Source: Balanoglossus misakiensis
Taxonomy: Eukaryota; Animalia; Hemichordata
Assembly: GCA_040954595.2 (NCBI GenBank)
Contig: CM082594.2
Location: 3,023,319 to 3,087,318 of the forward strand
Length of the DNA stretch: 64,000 bases
Direction of reading: 5' to 3'
This document shows, one piece after another, positions 1 to 12,802 of this stretch. The notes under the pieces were generated by a model. That model made no database searches. It was not told the origin of the DNA and was given only the letters and a program-made list of their open reading frames with translations. Numbering within the stretch: position 1 is the first letter of the stretch; each line of letters opens with the position of its first letter. The position numbers and the translations under genes were made by a program.

Positions 1-492
1 TTCTCTCGTTCAATTATACTTGCACGATGACCCCTAATTTTTGATTTTCAATTTAAGTGAAAATAATCTGAAGTTGTCTTGCGATAAATATAAGAGAGAG
101 TTTATGAAATTGATTTTAGGGACTCGTTTTACTTGCAAGTTTAAGTTAATATGTTCTTTGAATCAAGACAATTGGTTTACAATTAACAGAAGGTGTTTAT
201 AACAAATACCATTACTATCTGTCAACGATGTATTTTTTCTGATTCTGTAAGAAATGTACAATTATTGACATACTTGATAAATACTGTACCAAGTGGCGTA
301 TGAAAGTGAATTTTAACAAGATGATAGCTGTAGAAGGTTGCATTTTGGGAACACACTTTATCGATATCGTTTCCTATTGGCGTACCTCGCATGGTCTTGA
401 AAAGCAGCAAAATCAGTAGCCATACACGACACTAAAAAGACGAGGAATCTATTGTCAGCCGCCAGATGGAAACTAGAGCGTATTCCCTTTAA

Positions 493-906
493 GGATGTAC
501 GTTCGTCAAAATTGAAAGTACTGTCATTTCTTTTAATTGTGGATTTTTGGATCATCCTGTGTATGTATAATAAAAATTCGTGATAAAATATACATGTAGG
601 GGTCACCGCGCTTGTCTTTTGAAATACAGAGCCAAGTTTTGTCGACAATAGAAGAAAACTGCTGACTCTGCATTTTTTCACCAATGGTTTGTCTAAGGGC
701 AAATATTTTAACGAAATTTATCTCAAAACAGAGCGCGGTGACCACACGATTTCATTTGACCAACAAATTGATATTTACTGGACTGAGCTATGTGTAAAAT
801 TTCGTGAAAATGACAATAGTTGAAGTTTGTTTTCTAGCAATTCTCAATGTAATCCTATGGGGAAAAGACGAGTGCGCGCAGTTTTCCGGTTTATGTTCTG
901 CGCGTA
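493..906. mobile_element. Non-autonomous TTAA-flanked DNA transposon (Kolobok-like), 3'-truncated copy
   Basis: Starts ttaa|GGATGTACG and is closely similar over ~410 bp to the complete copy at 57756-58167; the right TIR is cut after cgcgta. Confidence 0.7.
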
Positions 907-3900
907 AGTGCCACTGTAAGTTATTACCGTTTCTCTGCTACGGATCAGAGATTTGGGGGATGGTTCAACTTTTGCCAGATGCCCCAGGGGAAGACCTCCA
1001 GGGCCGAAGTATTTGATGTGCCGACACAACTGGGCAACATTCTACTCTCTTATAGTTTCGCTCACGTTCAGATCTCTCAGGAGATTGTTGAAAAAAGAAA
1101 ACATCAAAAATATGTCTTTGAACTTGGAGGCAAAGTCTGATATTTGTTTGTTTGTCTTTTTTCATCTCCCTTCATATTATTGAAGAGAGATCAACGAAAT
1201 AATGTACCATTTTACTATCTCTCTATACCATTTTCTGTTATAAGCCGATTGTACGCTGACTGAAGGCTTTGAAAAGCAATAAACTACTATGTGTATCTAC
1301 CCTTGGACTTTTTGCATGTGCTCTTTGACTTTGTTGTGTGCTGCTGAAAGTGCTAGACTAGGGTGCAACCTCGGTATGAAGAAGTTATGGTGTCGATTCA
1401 AAGACCAGACTGAGGAAAAACATCGCAGATCAAAATTCCTCACAAGGGTCTGTTTTGTGTGTCGCATAGAAAACGCATTTCAAGTTATTAGGCTTCCTTG
1501 GTATTTTTGAATGTCAAAGTGCTATAGCCTGCAGTGAGCGTACATTCTTAACGTATGATGCGAGTCGACCGTTTCGCTTATGACTGAACCAATCACCCTT
1601 GCTTCCAAGGGTGACCTCTGGCGAAACAGAAGCACTTTCTAGGGTGACCTTCAGTCACCAATATCAACATCCTTCGCCATGGAGTGCCACATCTCCGTTG
1701 AATGCGCATGAGCAAATGTGAACAACGGTCACATCACGATAGGCGTAGCCATTGGTGCGTAAAATGTCGGCAGTGAGCAGACCTTGGAGGGTTATAGACT
1801 TCGATTATTCAAAAATGGCAAGGAAGCACAGCAAGTGTAGTGAACTTGTGAAAAACAGACTATTTAAAGAATTGTAGCTTGGTGCCAGTCCTCCAAGTCT
1901 GGACTTGCTCCAAGTCTATGGGCTTCATTATGTGTAGCCGAGGGAACGACAAACTGATGCAAATGCAAGTAATATGGCTCAACGGTGAGGATTTTAAAGG
2001 ATAGGAAGAATATTTGATTTATTTTATTGTGGGAAAAAAGTATGTGAAATTTGGCAGCTCTGGAGGCTTTAACGTCAGTGTATGGACGTGGATAATTGCC
2101 AGAAAACTACAGTGCCCATACAAAAGGTTCTGTGTTGTAAAGTCGCATCATATTAATAAACCAATGATAATTGAAGAGCTGACACTGTCCATATCACTAT
2201 AGGAGTTGCTGAAATATTTAAATGTAGACCAAAGGTACCAGAAACTATTGCAACTTCTGATCCCTTCCGTTCCCATAACAACCAAAACCAGGTCTGTGTC
2301 ATCTCCTAATGCGCAAGTATAAAACAGAATTTCGAGACAAATTATTCTGGTCCCTCACTGTCCTATATATACTACGGTTATCATTTAAGCATCCCGAAAC
2401 ACTGATAAGAACTCCAATATAATTAGCCAGAGTAAACTGAGATTGCTACGCTGAAGTCGCATCTGGTTACGTTCGTTATGATCATTAGAACTGATTAGAG
2501 CAGTTCTGTATCAACACACTCTGGGGGGGGGGGGGGGTGTGCTGCTTCGAACATGTCTAAAACACATGTGTACACATTTGTAAAGAGATTTTACACAGTG
2601 TCAGTTTTGAAGCAGGATGCCCCCTGTGGTACATGTTGATACAGAGCTATGCAATCAGTTATATATATATATATCAGTCTAGAACTAGATCTGCATGTTT
2701 CTATGGGCGCTGAGACACATGCGAAATTGTGTATTCTATATCACGTGTAACTTTTACACAAACACTGTCAGTGATGTGTACGCGAAATATTGCTGTCCTT
2801 TGGCAGCAAATAATATTCCGCCGTACCATTAACACGTTTCTATATGCTCTGTAGAGTCACAAGAGATTTTTGAAAGACAGCCTACCCAATTAGGTTGTTT
2901 CCATGTGGGAATTACGATGAAGTTGTAAACAGAACTCGAGCTCGTGGCATCCAGCATGGGGTCATGTTTCAGCAGATGAAACGGCAGACACAAAAATCAC
3001 TTCAAAACATCTCAGAAAATCGGCGTAGGCCTAGTGTCGACGCGAAATGTCAGAATCGTTAAAGTGATAAAGTGAAATGAAGTATTAATTATCTCCCCCG
3101 CCCCAAGGGTAAGGGAATCATTTTCGACATTTAGAATTGGTAATTGGTTTCCAGCACGAAGGGTGCTGTACAGTCGCCGCCGTTTAATTCGGTACGGGTA
3201 CGCCATGTGATTGGTCAACATGGGTCTCGCGGGGGTGCTATATATAGGGGCAATGAACTTTGAAGGCCCCGTCAACTAGTCCAGAAAGGCGATGCATTCC
3301 CCGGGTGTTGGGATCAATGACTACCCGCCCGCTGTCTCATGTGCATGTACTCAGTCAATCCTGGATGGCCCCCAGGAAGTGTGGGAAATTACACAGCTCA
3401 TCCAAGCCCCAAGTGGGCCTTTACATGGGCTAAACAAAGCCTCGCGGGAGACATATAAGTACAAGTGATAGCGCGGATGTAATAAATGCGAGAAGATTAA
3501 ACGAAACAACCGTGCCTAAAATCCGTCAAGAATGTTTTGATAATATAAAAGCGTTAGTAACTGGAGCTCGCCGGAAACTAACCGACAGGACACTAAAATG
3601 ATAACTGTTCCGCCAAATAGTTCGTTTCACTTTTATTATCAGTGTATTGATGATTGAGTTGCAATTCAAAGTCAGTGAAGAAGCCAATGCCGTTTTTCAC
3701 GGATAGCATAAGCTTATTCTCAAAATTTAGGCCTAAGTACAACAGTGTACAATATTGCTAAGTACATGCGGATAATCAAATAAAAACTTACAGAAAACGA
3801 GAAAGGGGTAATGGAAAGAGAAAAATGATAATTGTAAAGAGGATCTAATTTGCCGGTTAATTGGCAATCCATGGTGCTATAGTGAAGACCAAAAAGTGGT

Positions 3901-4838
3901 GTTACAGTTGAAACCACATGACTGGGGAAATGACTGCGAGAGGTACCGGTATATTGTCTGGGATCTGACAGAGTAGAGGCTATAGTTTGAAGTGCTGGTA
4001 TAGAAACTCAGGCGTTACACTGCTGACGATTCTACGGTCTGCCACGATCTGCATGTCTTATATATACATTTTTGAGCCATTTACTTTCATCTTCTATGCT
4101 TCTTATCACTGACCTATATCATCGGTTTATGTAATCCTGAATCGGACAGTTAGATGTCCTTTCCTTTCAAAAATCTGAATTATAGTAAGATGTGATTTTC
4201 AGAGTCTGTTACAGTTGGCAAAATCGATGAAAGGGACATACACGAACACGAACAGAAGAAAATTAATCTTGATAACGGCAGTCTTTGAGATATTTTGAAC
4301 ATTTTCGAAGATTGAGACTGTGGGTAGTTTTTATCCAGAGGCGAGAAAGGTTGATTTCCTTTTTAAAAATAAATTGATTTCAGCATCTGTGTGCAGGTGA
4401 GACATGCTGGCGAAATGATGATCTCCAACTGGGTTCATCATTTCTGCGAATTGAAATCTTTGTGCCCTAGGGCCTCACTGGCGAATGTGGATGTGCGTCC
4501 AACTGATCAACAAGACCGAAGAAAATCAAAAGAAACCATTTTTGAGTGTCATGTACGCATGGGCGGGCAGGCGGAAATTGTGTGTTTCAGGTTCAATTAT
4601 CTGCACCGGTGAAGGGCGTCGAAACTGCGCGCGCTGCTGTCTCGCTTCACAAGAACAAGTTTCAGCGTAAACACGTCCCTGTGGCGCTCATTTCAAAGCA
4701 TAGGATTATCGCCGCTGTATCGGGTTCACAACTTGTACCACAGCGAGCGCTCCCTCCGTGCTTTTATCGTGTGTTTGTTTGTTGTTATTGAATGGCATAA
4801 TAAACAAATAAATATTTATGTATTAATAAATATGCTTT

Positions 4839-5006
4839 GTTTGTTTGTTGACATGTTAGGGTTAGGGTATATTCAACGGTCAGGGTTAGTGTTGGCATTT
4901 TTTCGATCTACGGCATCACTCCCAATACACAAAAAGAGCCGTAGATCGAAAAAATCTCAACACTAACCCTGACCGTTGAATATACATAACATGTCAACAA
5001 ACAAAC
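4839..5006. repeat. Foldback / long inverted repeat
   Basis: Arms gtttgtttgttgacatgtta...gtatattcaacggtcagggttagtgttg..tttttcgatctacggc and gccgtagatcgaaaaaat..caacactaaccctgaccgttgaatatac.taacatgtcaacaaacaaac around a ~23-nt loop. Confidence 0.85.
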
Positions 5007-5561
5007 GTGACCATATTTTTTTGTTTATTATGTATTTACTAGACATGTTTTCATAGCAATGGAATTTAGGCCCAATTGTTGTTATTCACTTAATTTTATT
5101 CAGGTACAAGTAAACATACAATAGACGGAATACATAATGAACTGTTGTTTTAGGCCTATATGGGCTGATATCCAGAACAACAACCACAATTCTGTGGTGA
5201 AGGAACATTGATCAAATTCTGATAAAACAACCGAAATGCACGAACACGACTTCTTCGTAACGTTTACTGTTAGGCTATTGAGATTCGGGCTTTCCTCTTC
5301 AAATAAGGTAAACTCTCGAAAGTGAAAGATACACGACAAAATATTGATAACGATAAAAATCTAAATTTGGACAATATATGCATATATATGTCTACAACTA
5401 CCTGTGCGCCTCTATAGATGACCGAGCTGGTCACCGTTCGGATGATCACACTTGCTTAAATCTGGACTGGCGAAAGAAATCTTGTGTAGGTGAGGTTTGT
5501 GACACGACGGAATATTTGTAGTGAGGGAAATATGTTTTCAAACATTTGCCAGGAAGCGGCG

Positions 5562-8347
5562 TTTGTTTTTTTGTTTTTTTTTTTTTTTTTATTTCATTTC
5601 ATCGTATAAAGTCTTCCATTTCTCCTTAGCTTTTGCAGAGTCTATAAAAGATTCACATATTATTGTAGTTTTTAAATCATGTACAAACATATTATAAATA
5701 CATGTTTTTTGTAAGCACCACGCCTTAAAAATCGAATACATTGCAATAGTGATCAAATGTGTTACAACCTCATTTGGCATTCCGACAATCAATGATCGCA
5801 TATTAATAATAGGATCAATGTTAAAATGGCTGTTGATGAGAATTCTGACCTTATTCCAAAAAAACTGAACTTTAATACAATGAAAGAAAATATGTAATTG
5901 ATCCTCTGTTACATGACAAAAATTGCATAGTGGAGAAATACGTATTTTCCATTTGAATAATTTCCAACCACAAGGCAAAATGAAGTGTAAAAACTTATAA
6001 AGGAAATTACAGAGTTTCCTATCTGGGGAGCATCTATTGCATCTTGTTTCCCATATATAACTCCATTCTATATTCTGCAGATTGTATTTCTTGGACCACA
6101 TAGTCTCAACATATGATGTTTTTACCGTGTGTTGAAGCAAATCAGTGTAGAACGATTTAGTTGTAAAACTAGTAAAAATGTTACTGTTGAGTGTAAAATT
6201 TTGAGAAATATCCGTATTTTTATTTAGGAGTGTAATCCAAGGTCTCATTGCATTCTTTAATAAAAAAAGCTCATTTACATAATTACGTTTGTTGACAATG
6301 ATATTTGTTATTTTGCTTATATCTATTTGTTTCCCAGTGATAATATCTTTTACAAAAAGAATTCCAGATTTAATCCATCCAGGAAAAAAAAGTGTTCTGC
6401 CTTCATATCTTATGAACTGGTTTGACCAGATTACTTGTTGCAACAATGACGTCACAGAATCCGGTCTTTGTATTTTACCCTCAAAAGATTCGTGTAAATA
6501 AAGAATCATTTCTCTATAAAAAGCTGGCAAAGAACCAGTATATGGACAATCTGTTGGTTGTGTAAAGTTGCTATAAAAACTAATCACATCGAGATTGTTT
6601 TTACACAAATAAAAATCGGGAACCAAAATCCAACTTGGTTGAATACAATCTACTAAGGTACAATTCTTATCTTTCAAAAAGCGTTTAGCCCAAGATGCTC
6701 TGAGTGCTTTATATTGTGTAATGATATCAGTCATCCTAAGGCCTCCTTGGTAATAATCTGCAATAACGGTATTTCGTGAGATTTTATGGATTTTTGAATT
6801 CCAAAGAAATTCAAAAAACAAAGCATCAACCTGTTTTAATTTGCAATGTGAAAAATCAAGCATTGACAAAGGATAAATAAGTTTTGATACAGCAAATGCT
6901 TTCAAAACAGCAATTTTCCCATAAAGAGTCAGATTTCGCTTGTTCCAAGCTTTTAAAGCGAAAGATGCTTTCTGTAACGACTCGTCCCAAATAAAATTTT
7001 TACATAGCGCAACATTGGGGTGAAAGTACATTCCAAGTGACTTGATTGGCGCATCGGGCCAGTTGATACCAGAAATGATATCCGATCTGTTTTTCCATTT
7101 ACCAATCCAAAGCCCATCGGTCTTTTGCATATTTAGTTGTGTTCCTGCAACAACCCCAAATTTTTTAACAACATCAATGGCATGAGAAACGCTATTCTCA
7201 TTGTCTAAAAAGAGTGTCGTATCATCTGCGACTTGTGTGATTTTTATTTCCTTTGAATTTTGAAAGGGCCCATTTTGAACTTTGATACCTGTAAAATTTT
7301 GATCGTTCCTAATAACCGTCGCCAAAATTTCCACAACAAATAAAAAGAGGAGAGCTGAAAGAGGACAGCCTTGTCTAATTCCTCTAGAAGGTTTAAATTT
7401 TTCAGATATGTACCCATTATTTATAACAGCAGAGTCAATATTGTTGTACATCGATTTCACATGATTTATAAAGTTATCACCAAAGTTAAACTTATTCAAG
7501 GTTTGAAACAGGAATTGATGCTCAACCGTATCGAATGCTTTACGGAAATCAAGAAATAAGATAATTCCTGGCAAATCTTCAATGTCAGTATAATAAATTA
7601 CATCATAAATTAAGCGAATGTTTTGTCCTATATACCTTCCTGGAATGTATGCTGTTTGGTCAGGATGAATAATTTTGTGAACAATACGTTTGATTCTATT
7701 AGCTAAAATGAAGGCCAGGATTTTGTAATCAGTATTCAAGAGGCTAATTGGACGCCAGTTGTCAAGATTTGTCTTCTCGTTTTTCTTGTGAATGAGCCTT
7801 AAAACAGCAGTGCGCTGACTTGAGCTGAGGAAACCATTGTTGAGACCTTCACATAATGATTGAAAGACTAAATCGCCAATAAAATCCCAAAAGGTTTGAT
7901 AGAACTCTGTAGGTAATCCATCAAAACCAGGCGTCTTCTCCTTTTTCATTTTGAAAACCGCATACTTGCATTCTTCTTTTGAGATTGCTTGCTCCAGACG
8001 TTGTTTATCATCTTCTGACAAAAACGTTTGTATGTTCACGTCCTTGAGATAATTGTTAATCGATTCAACAGATGGACTATTTGTGGAGAATAGTACGGTA
8101 TAATAATCCACAATGGATTTAAGAATATTGTTATTTCCAATAATTTCGTTACCATCATTATACAACTTAGTAATATCATTATTTAACCTTCGCTTCCTTT
8201 CAAGATTCAGGAAAAACTTCGTCGCACGTTCGCCTTCAGCTACCCATCTGGCTCGTGCACGAATTTGGGCACCACGAGCTTTTTCTTTATAAAGATAGTC
8301 AAGTCTAGTTTTCACTTGGGTATATTCCTGCAAAATAGACGATAAAT
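5562..8347 (-). mobile_element. L1/Tx1-clade non-LTR retrotransposon, 5'-truncated, with poly(A) tail and 11-bp TSD
   Basis: T-rich tract at 5562-5590 is the poly(A) tail; AGGAAGCGGCG is duplicated at 5551-5561 and 8348-8358; the element contains an RT ORF. Confidence 0.93.
5589..8333 (-). CDS. L1/Tx1 ORF2 (reverse transcriptase plus C-terminal CCHC zinc finger; endonuclease lost to 5' truncation)
   Basis: 914-aa open frame with PGFDGLPTEFY, NWRPISLLNTDYKI, LDFRKAFD, GIRQGCPLSALLF, QVADD and CNFC..EDQLHIFFHC. Confidence 0.95.
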   Translation of the reverse strand: MQEYTQVKTRLDYLYKEKARGAQIRARARWVAEGERATKFFLNLERKRRLNNDITKLYNDGNEIIGNNNILKSIVDYYTVLFSTNSPSVESINNYLKDVNIQTFLSEDDKQRLEQAISKEECKYAVFKMKKEKTPGFDGLPTEFYQTFWDFIGDLVFQSLCEGLNNGFLSSSQRTAVLRLIHKKNEKTNLDNWRPISLLNTDYKILAFILANRIKRIVHKIIHPDQTAYIPGRYIGQNIRLIYDVIYYTDIEDLPGIILFLDFRKAFDTVEHQFLFQTLNKFNFGDNFINHVKSMYNNIDSAVINNGYISEKFKPSRGIRQGCPLSALLFLFVVEILATVIRNDQNFTGIKVQNGPFQNSKEIKITQVADDTTLFLDNENSVSHAIDVVKKFGVVAGTQLNMQKTDGLWIGKWKNRSDIISGINWPDAPIKSLGMYFHPNVALCKNFIWDESLQKASFALKAWNKRNLTLYGKIAVLKAFAVSKLIYPLSMLDFSHCKLKQVDALFFEFLWNSKIHKISRNTVIADYYQGGLRMTDIITQYKALRASWAKRFLKDKNCTLVDCIQPSWILVPDFYLCKNNLDVISFYSNFTQPTDCPYTGSLPAFYREMILYLHESFEGKIQRPDSVTSLLQQVIWSNQFIRYEGRTLFFPGWIKSGILFVKDIITGKQIDISKITNIIVNKRNYVNELFLLKNAMRPWITLLNKNTDISQNFTLNSNIFTSFTTKSFYTDLLQHTVKTSYVETMWSKKYNLQNIEWSYIWETRCNRCSPDRKLCNFLYKFLHFILPCGWKLFKWKIRISPLCNFCHVTEDQLHIFFHCIKVQFFWNKVRILINSHFNIDPIINMRSLIVGMPNEVVTHLITIAMYSIFKAWCLQKTCIYNMFVHDLKTTIICESFIDSAKAKEKWKTLYDEMK

Positions 8348-8719
8348 AGGAAGCGGCGGTTGCTATTTATGATATGTAGTGTGACGATTGTACAGACATA
8401 ATTGGCACTGATGAATTCTGCTTGGTATCGAAAAGTGCCCTATAGCTAACTCCTGTACTGGACTTTGGATTGATAAGAATGACATTGCTATCATCAAACA
8501 TCGTAGCTCTACGAAAGAAAACGGTCAAATAAATTAAATTTTAACATCGGGCCTTTTCTTTTATTACGTATTTAAAAATATCATCTAGGTCTTATCTTTA
8601 TTACTTTCCGAAAAGGTCATTCACAACACACATTAAAAAAACAAACTTGAAGACATTGAACGTTTTCCGAAATCGATTTTTTCATGGAGAAGAAGAGAGT
8701 TTTGTTTTCAGATCGGTAT

Positions 8720-9220
8720 AGTGACATTTGTACACTTGATAAACTTACTACATATCGTAGATTTAAAATACCTCTAGAACCAGAAATGTTTTTGTACTTG
8801 GTAAAAACCCAAATCATATGCAAATGCTTGCACGCTTCAGGTGTTCATCACATGATTTACATAATGAAGCCGACAGAAAACTTGGGATTGCAAGAAACTA
8901 CAGACTGTGTAAACTTCGTGCAGATTACCGTCAAACTGGTTACTCGTCCACAGTCTTTTAACCACAGGGTGAAGCTTTCCACATTGTCAGATTATAAGTG
9001 CCAAACTGGCTATACATCACCCTCACGACAAACATGACTTTGTTTCGAGTCTGCAGAAAAACGTACCAAATTAGAGTACTGTTCATTTGAGATTGTCATT
9101 GATTCTGGTATTCTGACTGCAATGCACAGAAAAAAAGACTGTGCAAACTTTGTGAATTACAAGTGATGGAGGATGAATGTCATTTTCTAATCAGGAAGAA
9201 GTATACTAACACGATTGGAA
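8720..9220 (+). mobile_element. Degraded LINE 3'-end fragments (RTE-X/CR1-like zinc-finger region)
   Basis: Frame-broken motifs KLTTYRRFK, RFRCSSHDL and KRLCKLCELQVMEDECHFL. Confidence 0.55.
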
Positions 9221-9927
9221 CTATTTTGGGATAATTGCATACCGCTAAAATGTGTACAAAACTATAAATCGTTGTACTTTGGGAGAATGTGCTATTTCTG
9301 TCATTGTTTGACCGAAACAAAACAAAACAAAACAAAATGATAAATATGTTGAGTGTGTAGGCTACATGTACTGTGCTGAGAGATTTACAGAGTTTACTAC
9401 CATGCAATTATCCCAAATTATCACACTGATTATTATTTTGAAGCCCCTCATCAGAAGCTGAGTTTGTGGAATTGCTTACTCAGGAAAACGACAAGACTGT
9501 GCAACGCCGGTTGGCGTCGTTTTTGTTTCGCGCTCTATACGCACTTTATAATTGTTTACGAATTAAACTTGATGTAATGTGTGTCTTGTTGCGTATATAT
9601 GTATATACATGTATGTCTTTTAATGGGTCGATGGCCTTTGGAACAAAAAAACTGAATGAAAAGCCCGAACAATTTGGACGAAAACAGATCGCCAAATTTC
9701 AAAATTTAAGTACCGAAAAACTGAAGAAAAAATCGCAGTAGAAATTTGCTCTGTTAACTTTCTGGAGACTCTTCGACCTCTGCCTAGGGAACACAACCTC
9801 ATATCCCCTTGTATTTCCCCGCCAAGACGATCCTTACTGCGGATGCGATGGTCGCTGAAGCGAAATAGAATCGCTGTCAAATAGAAGGGCTGCGAACGAG
9901 GCTCAAAGAACAGGGATCAAGGTTGCC

Positions 9928-9941
9928 TCTCCAGAGGGCGC
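9928..9941 (+). promoter_or_regulatory. Candidate CTCF site upstream of the oxidase gene
   Basis: TCTCCAGAGGGCGC differs by two bases from the CCACCAGAGGGCGC core and lies ~65 bp before a strong donor (aaag|gtaagg, ~10007) that may end a 5'UTR exon. Confidence 0.3.
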
Positions 9942-11704
9942 CATCAATGACCTTTGACACGATCCAGAGAGACCTGGACCTGTGCGTATCTAGTATTCTA
10001 TAGAAAGGTAAGGAATACAATTTATTTCATGGAATTGTGCAGCTTTTGTTACATGTCTAACGTGGGCCTAAATTTCAAAGGCATCAGTCTTATCAGTGTA
10101 ATCCCTGAGGAGTTAGGGACACGTGACGCGAGGTGGGCGTAATACGGTAACGGGACAAATGCACAGGGGGCTGTAAACAAAAATAAATGGCGGAGTTCCG
10201 ATCTGACATGACTGCTGTAGATGACCTACGTAAATGTCTTTGTAGCCCAAATATGCACGAAACGTAATTGCTCATTCAGTCCCATGAAAGGTGCTAAAAT
10301 CCTTGCCTATTGACGCCATTTCCATTTCCAAACGTCACATTCTGTGTTCACCGATACATAATCATAAGAACCATTGCCTTGGGCATAGACAGTAGAGGGG
10401 GAAAGACACCCGCCCAGCGCATTTGCATATCCTACACCACCTATTGTGTGCCCACGGCCAATTTGACTTAATCTGTGTGCCCCCAGGCTCCACGGATTAA
10501 GTGGATAAAGTAAACATCGATCAACTGAACTGATAAGGCACCTGTCTTATCAGTCTCTAACCGCACCGTAGTTGACAGCGCTTGTAACATAATATAGGCC
10601 GAGTCTATTGACACCCGAGTGGCAATAGACACTCGGTATAAATATAAGTGCTGCGGTGCCGCCTGCGGTGGGTGGTTCCGTTAAACTTACAGGTAGACGG
10701 CCTGCGATCCAGCCACCCAAACAGCCCACCAAGGCAGTGTTTCATCTAGACGGGAGGAGGGGGGATTCACCCCCTGTTGACAGGTTGGCACCCCTAGCAA
10801 TTTGTCATGGAGGACCTTTGCCCCTTAAAATGACACCATTTAAACGTTGGAGATATTACAGTCCCCCTTGCCAGAGTGGAATACTCCCCAAATATTCTGG
10901 CAAAGGGGGGCATATCATGCCTCCTCTTGATGTCATCCTAAATGAAAGGCTACAATGATTACAGCCAGGGTGGGTGGGGGTAGACATTGACTGCTGCATA
11001 AGGAGGACACAGTCAATGTACACACAGTGATTAATTATGATAGGAGAAAACAGTACATACTCAAGTTTTCTCAGCTAGGGTGTCCAGGCCGAAACAAGTG
11101 GGGTTGTGAAAATTAGGGGCTGAAATGACCTGTTACCATTCTTACTCTGCTTTTGCAACAGGGACTGGTAATCCAGTGTCCATGTTTGCTAAATACCCTC
11201 TCTCCTCGCAGTTGTGTGTAAAATGGGTCCCTGGACAGTGGTATATTATGAGGGAGGTGGGGTGTCCACTATCATCAGGTAGATATCTCAAGTGTAAATT
11301 TAGACCATTTTGTAAATCTTCATTTGTTCAGTTTCTATTCTTGCCAGCACTCGCATTCAAAACAACCGATTCTGTGTGACTATTATAATTTTCTTTGATT
11401 TGCAAAATAGTGAATTTGACAATGTTTCTAAAGAAACAGTTTGGGTTTGTTTGATCCGACCAAAATTGTTCGGCTGAGTCTCACAAATTAGGCATTTTCT
11501 AAAAGTTTTGTGTAAATCCATTCAGAAATGTCTGAGATATTGAAATTGTGTGAAATTTTCCCACCTTAATCCGACTACAAACTGAAGAGTGATAACTTTC
11601 TCCAATGTTTGCAACATTCCCGAGCCCTCATCGGGTTTTCATGTCGAATGACACAAACATTTCTTTTTTATATACCACAGGAGGACCATTGAGTTCAATG
11701 TAAG

Positions 11705-12802
11705 ATGGCCAAACCGATGCTAGTATGCCTAGATGATTATGAAAAATACGCAATAGAAAACTTGGATGGCAGAGCTCGGACATATTATACAAGTGGAGCT
11801 GATGAAGAAATAAGCTTGAAAGAAAACAGACGGGCGTTCCAACGTTTGAAAATAATTCCCAGGGTTCTACGGGATGTTTCAAACAGAGAGTTATTCACCA
11901 CAGTTCTCGGTCACCGCATTGATTTCCCAGTGTGCATTTCACCTACTGGCATTCAGCGCATGGCTTGTGATGAAGGGGAGATTGCTACAGCGAGGGCGGC
12001 TAGAGCCATGAAGACGTGTATGGTGCTGAGTACTGGCGCGACCAGGTCCCTGGAAGAGGTCAGCCAGGCGGCCCAAGACGGCATTCGCTGGTTTCAGTTG
12101 TACGTGCATCTGAATCGGGTGGGGACGGAGGAGCTGGTGAAGAGAGCCGAAGCGTCCGGTTTCAAGGCGTTGGTTTTGACGGTGGACGCGCCGTTCGTCG
12201 GGAAACGGCGGCGACACGGAGCGGGATTCGTAGCCCCGCCGCATATGGAACAGCCGCATCTGCAGTCGGCACAACTCCAGGACGCCCGGGAAAAGATGGA
12301 GAAACAGGAGCTGCACAAAGTGGCCTACCTCGACCCGTCGCTCACCTGGACGTGCATCTCGTGGCTCAAATCCATCACCACTCTGCCCATTATCGTCAAG
12401 GGTATACTCAGTCCCGCGGATGCTCTGCTGGCTGTGCGGCACGGCGTTGCCGGTATCGTGGTGTCCAATCACGGAGGCAGGCAGTTGGATGGCGTGCCTG
12501 CCACCATCGAAGCCTTGCCCAAGATCGTGGAAGCGGTCAACGGGGAAATTGAAATCTATGTGGATGGTGGCGTGCGCACCGGTACAGATGTCTTCAAAGC
12601 TCTGGCTCTCGGGGCCAAAGCTGTGTTCGTCGGAAGACCAATACTGTACGGGCTTTCATATGCTGGTGAAGAAGGGGTCAGACAGGTGTTGCAGATTCTG
12701 AAAGATGAGCTGAGTTTGGCCATGGCTTTGTCTGGCTGCGCCAAGATCAGTGATATCAAGCCAGAATATGTGGTGCATGAATCTTACTATGCAAGACTCT
12801 AA
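11705..12802 (+). CDS. HAO1: FMN-dependent peroxisomal 2-hydroxyacid oxidase (glycolate oxidase / HAO family), coding region intronless
   Basis: 365 aa with WFQLY, LTVDAP, PIIVKGI, VSNHGGRQLD and DGGVRTGTDVFKALALGA; ends in the PTS1 signal -ARL; splice acceptor (ttttttatataccacag, 11680) just upstream of the ATG. HAO1 versus HAO2 orthology is not resolved. Confidence 0.93.
   Translation: MAKPMLVCLDDYEKYAIENLDGRARTYYTSGADEEISLKENRRAFQRLKIIPRVLRDVSNRELFTTVLGHRIDFPVCISPTGIQRMACDEGEIATARAARAMKTCMVLSTGATRSLEEVSQAAQDGIRWFQLYVHLNRVGTEELVKRAEASGFKALVLTVDAPFVGKRRRHGAGFVAPPHMEQPHLQSAQLQDAREKMEKQELHKVAYLDPSLTWTCISWLKSITTLPIIVKGILSPADALLAVRHGVAGIVVSNHGGRQLDGVPATIEALPKIVEAVNGEIEIYVDGGVRTGTDVFKALALGAKAVFVGRPILYGLSYAGEEGVRQVLQILKDELSLAMALSGCAKISDIKPEYVVHESYYARL

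Noticed and set aside
910-4800. Short ORFs and possible SINE-like sequence near 3240-3500
   Set aside because: No recognisable protein motifs, consistent exon chain or clear pol III A/B boxes.
4856-4867. Telomere
   Set aside because: Only two TTAGGG units, inside a foldback element.
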